Part shown: positions 1 to 5,271 of the stretch, piece after piece
Numbering within the stretch: the stretch's first letter is position 1
Layout: each line of letters begins with the position of its first letter
Assembly (NCBI GenBank): GCA_036351155.1
Contig: JAZBOO010000329.1
Span: forward strand, 1 to 14,083
Direction of reading: 5' to 3'
DNA: 14,083 nucleotides
Source of the DNA: Candidatus Krumholzibacteriia bacterium
GTDB lineage: Bacteria; Krumholzibacteriota; Krumholzibacteriia; LZORAL124-64-63
Notes under the pieces: model-generated
What the model saw: only the letters and a program-made list of their open reading frames with translations
Told to the model about the DNA's origin: nothing
The model's database searches: none
Position numbers and translations under genes: made by a program

Positions 1-504
1 ACTGGTGACCGAGATTGTCGCCGGATCAGTGGTACCGGTGGTGCGCACCGCCGTGAAAGTGAAGGTCCCGGCCACATGGTCGGCGTCCAGGGCGGTCACG
101 TTGATGGTCCCGCTGCCTATCTCGTCGGCGGCCTGCCAGGTGGTCCCATCCAACGCTTGAACGGTACATACCACAGGAGAGGTGTCGCCCACGCTGTAGG
201 TCCCCGTGGCGCCGCCCACCCAGCCAATGCCCACGGTCCAGCCGGAACTCAGGTTGGTGGCGCCCACTCCGATGATTCCGCTGTTGTTGACCGCCGTCAC
301 GGCCTGCCCGGTCCATGATTCCCCGTTGATGGTGGCCGAAACCGTCCCGGTTTCCCCGCCGCCACCACCGCCGCCGCCGGGGTTGGTGGGATTATCATCG
401 TCGCCCCCACAGCCGGCCACGGCCAGCACGCCCATCAGCAAGAAGGCCAGGGTCAATTGTTTCATGGAATTTGTTGAACTGGATAACTGGGCGATCCTGC
501 GCAT
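1..504 (-). CDS. Putative lipoprotein (beta-rich, DUF6252-like), 3' end runs off the window; paralog of 1071..1583
   Basis: Not in the ORF track because it has no stop in the window. Manual translation from ATG 504 (GAGGGAG RBS; alternative ATG 465): MRRIAQLSSSTNSMKQLTLAFLLMGVLAVAG-C-GGDDDNPTNPGGGGGGGGETGTVSATINGESW...GSGTINVTALDADHVAGTFTFTAVRTTGTTDPATISVTS. Lipobox VAG-C; colinear with the 1071..1583 protein. The DUF6252 label is from recollection of the GTFxFTA pattern only. Confidence 0.85.
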   Translation of the reverse strand, partial: MRRIAQLSSSTNSMKQLTLAFLLMGVLAVAGCGGDDDNPTNPGGGGGGGGETGTVSATINGESWTGQAVTAVNNSGIIGVGATNLSSGWTVGIGWVGGATGTYSVGDTSPVVCTVQALDGTTWQAADEIGSGTINVTALDADHVAGTFTFTAVRTTGTTDPATISVTS

Positions 505-569
505 GGAAAAACTCCCTCAGGTTTGGAAATGCTCGTCTTCGCTTTCCCCCTCACCACACATCGGCGCAG

Positions 570-648
570 ATACTACGCCAAGGTGAAGTCTCAAAACAAG
601 ATAAAATAGATCTTGTTTGTGAATCTGATTTTCCAGCTGGTTGAAAAA
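570..648 (-). promoter_or_regulatory. Putative sigma70-type promoter (TTGTTT-N18-TAGTAT) with two palindromic operator-like sites, copy 1
   Basis: -10 TAGTAT at 575..570 and -35 TTGTTT at 599..594. Palindrome AAACAAGAT-N7-ATCTTGTTT at 594-618. Imperfect palindrome TTTTCCAGC-TG-GTTGAAAAA at 629-648. The same layout recurs at 1654-1730. Confidence 0.6.
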
Positions 649-664
649 CCTGGTCATGGGCATT

Positions 665-1021
665 TCAGCGACTGAAACCACCCAGAGGCCCGTAGTAGCT
701 CGCGCCCAGTGGGTCCAGAGCCGCGCGAACCTCGGCAGTGGGCCTGCCATAGACCGAAAGGCAGGTCGGCTCGAAGCACGCGAAAAACCGCTCGGCGAAC
801 AGAGAACCGAAATTCCCGGCATGCGCCAGAGCCGCTTCCGAATCGGTGTAGCGCTCGTGGATGTGGCAGGTCGTTCCGTCTTCGCCCAGATACCACTCGT
901 ATCCCAGGGCACCGGATTCTTCCAGCGTGCTGGCCACCATTTCCCCCATCAAGGCCCGGACAGTGTCAAGCTGGCCGTCCCTGACGGTGAGCTGGAGATT
1001 CCATGAAACTTCTCGCGACAT
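665..1021 (-). CDS. Antibiotic biosynthesis monooxygenase (ABM)-like dimeric alpha/beta barrel protein, 118 aa
   Basis: AGGAGG RBS 6 nt before ATG 1021. Sequence MSREVSWNLQLTVRDGQLDTVRALMGEMVASTLEESGALGYEWY...CHIHERYTDSEAALAH fits the ABM pattern (E-x-G-x-L-x-Y...E-x-Y-x-D-x-x-A-x-x-x-H). Confidence 0.8.
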   Translation of the reverse strand: MSREVSWNLQLTVRDGQLDTVRALMGEMVASTLEESGALGYEWYLGEDGTTCHIHERYTDSEAALAHAGNFGSLFAERFFACFEPTCLSVYGRPTAEVRAALDPLGASYYGPLGGFSR

Positions 1022-1070
1022 CAGCATCCTCCTGGTGGCCGGTTGTGGCCCTTGTTTCAAACACCTAAAG

Positions 1071-1583
1071 CTAGAAATCCACGTCGAATGTCCCGCCAGT
1101 GACCGTGATGGTTTCCGGTTCGGCACTTCCGGTGATGCGCTGCGCCGTGAAAGAAAAAGTCCCCACGGCATGCGTGGCATCGAGAGCCGTCACGGTGATG
1201 GATCCGCTTCCCATGCCGGCCGAAGCCTGCCAGGTGGTCCCATCGCTTCCGATCACGGTGCCGTTGGCCACCGTCCCCATCCCGAAGGTGTAGGTGGACG
1301 CCCCCGTATCCTGCCAGCCCAGTCCGATGCTGGAAAAAGCTCCCGCTTCGCTGGCCCCGATTCCGACAATACCACTGTTGTTGATCGCCTGAACCGCCAC
1401 GGCATTCCAGGCTTGACCATTCACCGTGGCCGAGACCCCCGCGGACTGATTGCCACCGCCCCCGCCGGGATTGGTGGGATTGTCATCATCGCCACCGCAA
1501 CCGGCCACGGTCAGGATTCCCATCAACAGGAATGCCAGTGTCAGATTTATTTTCGAGCCAAAGGGCCTTGTAATTCTTCGCAT
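1071..1583 (-). CDS. Putative lipoprotein (beta-rich, DUF6252-like), 170 aa
   Basis: GAGGGGG RBS before ATG 1583 (inside track ORF 1071..1625). Signal peptide with lipobox LTVAG-C, then a GGDDDNPTNPGGGGG linker and C-terminal GTFSFTA...ITVTGGTFDVDF. Confidence 0.85.
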   Translation of the reverse strand: MRRITRPFGSKINLTLAFLLMGILTVAGCGGDDDNPTNPGGGGGNQSAGVSATVNGQAWNAVAVQAINNSGIVGIGASEAGAFSSIGLGWQDTGASTYTFGMGTVANGTVIGSDGTTWQASAGMGSGSITVTALDATHAVGTFSFTAQRITGSAEPETITVTGGTFDVDF

Positions 1584-1653
1584 GAGAATCCCCCTCAATG
1601 GACAGAATGGTTGGTTGACCTCCACACCTCCCGGTCCACACCTCGAGGAGGGG

Positions 1654-1730
1654 ATTTTACGTCAAAGAGCTGAGCAAAAACAAGATAATTTCAATCTTCT
1701 TTGGGGGAAATTTTCCAACGGGTTGGAAAA
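1654..1730 (-). promoter_or_regulatory. Putative sigma70-type promoter (TTGTTT-N18-TAAAAT) with two palindromic operator-like sites, copy 2
   Basis: -10 TAAAAT at 1659..1654 and -35 TTGTTT at 1683..1678. AAACAAGAT-N7-ATCTTCTTT at 1678-1702. Perfect 9-bp inverted repeat TTTTCCAAC-GG-GTTGGAAAA at 1711-1730. Confidence 0.6.
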
Positions 1731-1844
1731 ATCTACAGAGGAAAACGTACAGAATACTGGCCTACTTACACCGGAATACAAAAATTTGACGGAACACCAG
1801 GACATCATCGGGAGAAGGCGATGGCCCTCTGAACCTGGAGTCCC

Positions 1845-1876
1845 GGCCCCTGGGCAGGTTATGCCCACCCGGGGCC
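1845..1876 (-). terminator. GC-rich stem-loop just downstream of the 1891..2232 gene (possible terminator or 3' stabilising hairpin)
   Basis: GGCCCC-TGGGCA-(GGTTA)-TGCCCA-(CCC bulge)-GGGGCC, starting about 15 nt after the stop codon. No U-tract follows. Confidence 0.35.
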
Positions 1877-1890
1877 CGGTCCTCCCTCCC

Positions 1891-2232
1891 TCAGTAAATC
1901 GGCCGATCTTTCAGACGCCAAGGGCCGCCTGATTCGCTGGCCACCACGCGCCGGCCCAGCATCCAGGCCACCACGCCCACCAGTCCGGCAATCCAGGTGT
2001 TGACGTGGTGGATGCGCAGTGGGGGAATCAGCGCGGCCACCAGCAGAGCCAGGCCCAGAATGTTCGCGGTCAAGCCACGGCGGGAAGCGGTGTGCCAGAG
2101 CGAGGTGCCCAGCACCGCGATCACCGCACCTGCGGCCACATTGATCCAGGCGGTGGTGCTGGGGTCGTAGTGCAGGAAGGCGGTCACGACCAAGCCCAGG
2201 CCCAGGATTTCGAGGATATGTCCTTTCCACAT
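1891..2232 (-). CDS. Small integral membrane protein with about 4 TM segments (SPW-repeat-like), 113 aa
   Basis: GGGGAGG RBS before ATG 2232. Four hydrophobic stretches arranged as an internal two-fold repeat (ILGLGLVVTAFL...AWINVAAGAVIAVLG / ILGLALLVAALI...TWIAGLVGVVAWMLG). The SPW resemblance is by eye; the literal SPW motif is absent. Confidence 0.7.
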   Translation of the reverse strand: MWKGHILEILGLGLVVTAFLHYDPSTTAWINVAAGAVIAVLGTSLWHTASRRGLTANILGLALLVAALIPPLRIHHVNTWIAGLVGVVAWMLGRRVVASESGGPWRLKDRPIY

Positions 2233-2293
2233 GGCGTTCCTCCCCTGTTCTGCAAAAACTGCGTGTCCATGTTGCCGCGGACACAAAGGTTGT

Positions 2294-2310
2294 TGCATTT
2301 CGTGTACCTG
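2294..2310 (-). promoter_or_regulatory. Putative sigma54 (-24/-12) promoter for the 1891..2232 gene
   Basis: Minus strand reads CAGGTACACGAAATGCA: GG (2308-2307), exactly 10 nt, then GC (2296-2295) followed by A. It lies about 60 nt upstream of the start codon, next to a sigma54 activator gene. Confidence 0.6.
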
Positions 2311-2391
2311 GGCAGGTGCTCACCATGAACCCGGCAACATCATATAGAACAAGAGAATACGAAAAGCTGTGGAAGCTTCGACTGGACCAAC

Positions 2392-2440
2392 GGGGCAATT
2401 TCGCAATAACAGGCAGTCCACACCGTAGCAAAGTCGATAC
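2392..2440. promoter_or_regulatory. Tandem putative enhancer (UAS) sites for the sigma54 activator
   Basis: GGGGC-AATTTC-GCAAT (2392-2407) and GTAGC-AAAGTC-GATAC (2425-2440). Both are imperfect GTnGC-N6-GCnAC palindromes, 33 bp apart, about 100 bp upstream of the -24 GG. Confidence 0.5.
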
Positions 2441-2442
2441 GA

Positions 2443-3852
2443 TCAATCCGAGTCGCTTCGGGACCTTCCATCCCGCTTGGGCAAGGTGATGCCCAGCCGC
2501 CGCACCCGACGCAGCAGGGTGGTCTTGTGGATGCCCAGCTCATCGGCGGTTTGCTGTCGATTGCCGTTGTTTCGTTCCAGCACTTCCAGCAGGAAGGTGG
2601 CTTCCAGGTCGGCGAATTCCCGGGCGGGAGATCCGCGTTTCACCTTGCCTTCCTTGCGTCGCAAATGGTCAGGCAGGTGATCAATCTCGATCTCTGGACC
2701 CGGGCAAAGCACAAACGCGTGCTCCACGATGTTCTCCAGTTCCCGGATATTGCCGGGGTACTCGTAGGTCAGAAGAATTTGCAGGGCCGAACGGGAAATC
2801 CCAGCCAGCTGCTTTCCCCGCTGCTGCGAAAGGCGATCGAGGAAGGCCTGAACCAGCAAGGGAATGTCCCGCTTGCGATCCCGCAAGGGCGGCAATTCCA
2901 GACTCAGGACATTGACCCGATAGTAGAGATCCTTGCGGAACTTCTTCTCTTCCACCAGCTGGAGCAAGTTGCGGTTGGTGGCGGTGATCACCCGGACATC
3001 GGCGGTGATCGCCTTGTCGTCACCCAGCCGTTCGTAGACATGATCCTGCAGGAAGCGCAGGAGCTTGACCTGCATGCTCATGGGCATGTCGCCAATTTCG
3101 TCGAGGAAAATGGTGCCGCCTTCTGCCGCGGCAATACGCCCCTTGCGATCCCGCACCGCCCCCGTGAAAGCTCCGGCCCGATAGCCAAAAATTTCCGATT
3201 CCAGGAGGGTTTCCGGCAATGCCGCACAGTTGACCGTCACCAGGGGCCCCTTGCGGCGTGGACTGAGACTGTGCAGAGCCTTGGCGATCAGGTTCTTGCC
3301 CGTGCCGGTTTCCCCGTGCACCAGGACGCAGCTTTCGCTGGCCGCCAGCGTGGGCAAAATTTCGAAGAGATGCTGCATCTGAGGGTCGTTGGTCACGATA
3401 TCGGCGAAGGGATGATGGTGCTCCACATCGCGCACCAGATTGCGCACCCAGTTCATGTTCCGGAAGGTTTCCACCCCGCCAATGACATTTCCCTGGGGAT
3501 CCTTCAGCGCGGAACTGGAGATGGTCACGGGAATGCGCCGCCCCTGGACGTCGCGCAGATCAACCGCCAGGTTCACCACAGGCTGGTCATTGGCCAGGGT
3601 GTACTTCAAGGCGCAGCATTCATGGCAGATGTTCGCCCGCAGCACCTCATGGCACGGCTTGCCCATGGCTTCTTCGGCAGAAATTCCCAGGATTAGCCCC
3701 GCCGTTCTATTGAACGCGATAATTCGCATCCGGTCGTCCACGGCGAACACGCCATCAGACGTGCTGTCGAAGAGCAGTTCCATCAGTTCCGGAGGAACAT
3801 TGGCGCCGATGTGAGACATCAGCGGTGGAGTGATGGGAGCAGGATCGTCCAT
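2443..3852 (-). CDS. Sigma54-dependent transcriptional activator (PAS + AAA+ + Fis-type HTH), OrpR-like, 469 aa
   Basis: GGGAGGG RBS. N-terminal PAS (DGVFAVD...FNRTAGLILG...AMGKPC). Walker A GETGTGKN, ESEIFG, intact GAFTGA, Walker B IFLDEIGD, RKDLYYRVNV, YPGNIRELEN, and HTH NGNRQQTADELGIHKTTLLRR. Confidence 0.95.
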   Translation of the reverse strand: MDDPAPITPPLMSHIGANVPPELMELLFDSTSDGVFAVDDRMRIIAFNRTAGLILGISAEEAMGKPCHEVLRANICHECCALKYTLANDQPVVNLAVDLRDVQGRRIPVTISSSALKDPQGNVIGGVETFRNMNWVRNLVRDVEHHHPFADIVTNDPQMQHLFEILPTLAASESCVLVHGETGTGKNLIAKALHSLSPRRKGPLVTVNCAALPETLLESEIFGYRAGAFTGAVRDRKGRIAAAEGGTIFLDEIGDMPMSMQVKLLRFLQDHVYERLGDDKAITADVRVITATNRNLLQLVEEKKFRKDLYYRVNVLSLELPPLRDRKRDIPLLVQAFLDRLSQQRGKQLAGISRSALQILLTYEYPGNIRELENIVEHAFVLCPGPEIEIDHLPDHLRRKEGKVKRGSPAREFADLEATFLLEVLERNNGNRQQTADELGIHKTTLLRRVRRLGITLPKRDGRSRSDSD

Positions 3853-3906
3853 GGTACGGCCCTCCCAGGTCGAATATCAGGTGGGGCGGTGGCCCGGACC
3901 CACAAG

Positions 3907-3955
3907 GTAGCGGGATCGCCACGGTGCCTCAAGATGGACATAGCAATAATGCCTT
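3907..3955. promoter_or_regulatory. Tandem putative enhancer (UAS) sites in the divergent intergenic region
   Basis: GTAGC-GGGATC-GCCAC (3907-3922) and ATAGC-AATAAT-GCCTT (3940-3955), 33 bp apart. The proximal site starts 101 bp before the -24 GG at 4041. Confidence 0.5.
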
Positions 3956-4038
3956 CCAGCCTGACCACCAATTCACCAAAATCTCCACCAAGGCACTGTC
4001 TCGCAAACACTTGAACACAAGACCACCACTGCTCACCT

Positions 4039-4055
4039 CTGGTATGAGTCATGCA
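4039..4055 (+). promoter_or_regulatory. Putative sigma54 (-24/-12) promoter for the 4116..5245 operon
   Basis: CTGGTATGAGTCATGCA: GG at 4041-4042, 10 nt, GC at 4053-4054. Divergent from the activator gene and about 60 nt before ATG 4116. Confidence 0.7.
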
Positions 4056-4115
4056 TTTATTCCAGCAAAGTATGGGATCTTTGCGATGGCGCACTGGCCC
4101 GGGAGGGGCTTGAAC

Positions 4116-4343
4116 ATGCAACAACTGAAAATCATCCAGGATCGCTTTGGCAGACTGTGGCTGGGACCGGAGAACACCGACCCCGACGAAGATCTGGCCA
4201 AGCAGGGCTGCTGGCGATGCCAAATCCCCCATCCCTTGTGGAGCGACTGGTTCCAGAAGGAACCCACCCCGGACCCCGAGGAAACGCCATCGACCGAGGG
4301 AAAGGTGGAATGTCATGAAAAGAATCCTCGTCGTGGACGATGA
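4116..4343 (+). CDS. Small hypothetical protein with a CxxC motif, 75 aa
   Basis: Strong GGGAGGGG RBS 7 nt before ATG 4116, directly after the sigma54 motif. MQQLKIIQDRFGRLWLGPENTDPDEDLAKQGCWRCQIPHPLW... Its 3' end overlaps the next gene by 29 nt. Confidence 0.55.
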   Translation: MQQLKIIQDRFGRLWLGPENTDPDEDLAKQGCWRCQIPHPLWSDWFQKEPTPDPEETPSTEGKVECHEKNPRRGR

Positions 4344-4755
4344 GCCCCACTTGCGCCTGCTCTATGAGATTGAGCTGGCACACGCCGGCTACTCCATTTT
4401 GACGGCAGCCAATGCCAGAGAATGCCTGGAATACATCCGCACCACTCCGATCGACCTGGTCATCCTCGATCTCAGAATGCCCGGGATGGACGGCGTCGAG
4501 GTCCTCCAGACCATCATCGCCCATCACCGCGGCTTGCCTGTGATCATTCATACGGCCTTCAGCAGCTACCGGGAAAACTACCTGACCTGGGGCGCCGTGG
4601 CCTATGTGGTCAAGTCCCCGGACCTGGAACAGCTCCTTGCCACCGTGGACCGGGTGCTTCACCCCAGGTCATCACATTCTCAAACCGCCAGAATCCCCGG
4701 GCCATCCGTGCCACGACCCCAAGAAAGGAGCGAACATGCTACACCGACTCCATGA
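4315..4755 (+). CDS. Single-domain response regulator (receiver) with a Pro/Ser-rich tail, 146 aa
   Basis: MKRILVVDDE, phospho-acceptor in VILDLRMPGMDG, Thr in IIHTA, Lys in YVVKS. No output domain. AAGGTGG precedes ATG 4315. Confidence 0.9.
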   Translation: MKRILVVDDEPHLRLLYEIELAHAGYSILTAANARECLEYIRTTPIDLVILDLRMPGMDGVEVLQTIIAHHRGLPVIIHTAFSSYRENYLTWGAVAYVVKSPDLEQLLATVDRVLHPRSSHSQTARIPGPSVPRPQERSEHATPTP

Positions 4756-5245
4756 AATCATGGCAGCCAATCGCGCTCATCTGGAAAACGAAGTTTATCT
4801 CCGGATGAACGTCGCGGAATACCTGAATGACCACCACCTGGATGAACAGATCCTGCGCCAACGGGTCGCCAGTCTGGTGGACTCTTTCCTGAAATCCCTC
4901 CAGGAGGGCCCTCAGATATTTGTCTCCTACATCGAGGACATCACCCTCGAGAGGATCGAAGAAGGCATTGCGCTGCACGAACTCCAGCTATCTCTGCAGG
5001 TGCTGGAGGAAAAGGCCTGGACCGCTGTGGTCGAGTCGATTCCCCTGACCGAACAGGTTCCCTGCCTGAGCCAGATCACCCTGACCATCGGCACGGCCAA
5101 GGACCACATTGCCCACATCTACCTGCAGCATCTCGAAAAGGCCGAGGCGGCTCTGATCCTGATGCAACAGAATGAAGGACTGGCGTTGAGCGAGGACGTG
5201 AACTGGCAACGAGGCACCGTGCATCCTCACCACGAGATGGCCTGA
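4736..5245 (+). CDS. All-helical hypothetical protein, RsbRD N-terminal (non-heme globin-like) domain candidate, 169 aa
   Basis: AAGGAG RBS before ATG 4736; overlaps the receiver gene. Amphipathic helices with YIEDITLERIEEGIALHELQLSLQVLEE, resembling the R-x-x-x-G-[FI]-x-L-x-E pattern of RsbRD_N. The domain call is an inference. Confidence 0.7.
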   Translation: MLHRLHEIMAANRAHLENEVYLRMNVAEYLNDHHLDEQILRQRVASLVDSFLKSLQEGPQIFVSYIEDITLERIEEGIALHELQLSLQVLEEKAWTAVVESIPLTEQVPCLSQITLTIGTAKDHIAHIYLQHLEKAEAALILMQQNEGLALSEDVNWQRGTVHPHHEMA

Positions 5246-5271
5246 GTGCCGAGAGGCCGCACTGGCCCGGA

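Noticed and set aside
26..586. Track ORFs 26..316, 76..318 and 206..586 (poly-Pro)
   Set aside because: They are alternative or antisense frames of the lipoprotein at 1..504; the poly-Pro is the reverse reading of the Gly linker.
2269..2340. 9-bp inverted repeat ATGTTGCCG...CGGCAACAT bracketing the minus-strand sigma54 motif (possible invertible promoter)
   Set aside because: The repeats are short, no recombinase is in the window, and a match of this length can arise by chance.
3991..4005. AGGCACTGTCTCGCA, and TGGACACGCAGTTTTTGCA at 2269..2251 (minus), as sigma54 promoters
   Set aside because: GG-to-GC spacing is 9 and 13 nt, not the required 10.
4004..4016. Possible IHF site (minus strand GTTCAAGTGTTTG) between the UAS pair and the promoter
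   Set aside because: Only the TCAA-N4-TTG core matches, and no equivalent is seen at the mirror promoter.
4147..4314. N-terminal extension of the response regulator
   Set aside because: The receiver fold starts at MKRILVVDDE (4315), and the upstream region is better explained by the RBS-bearing 4116 ORF.
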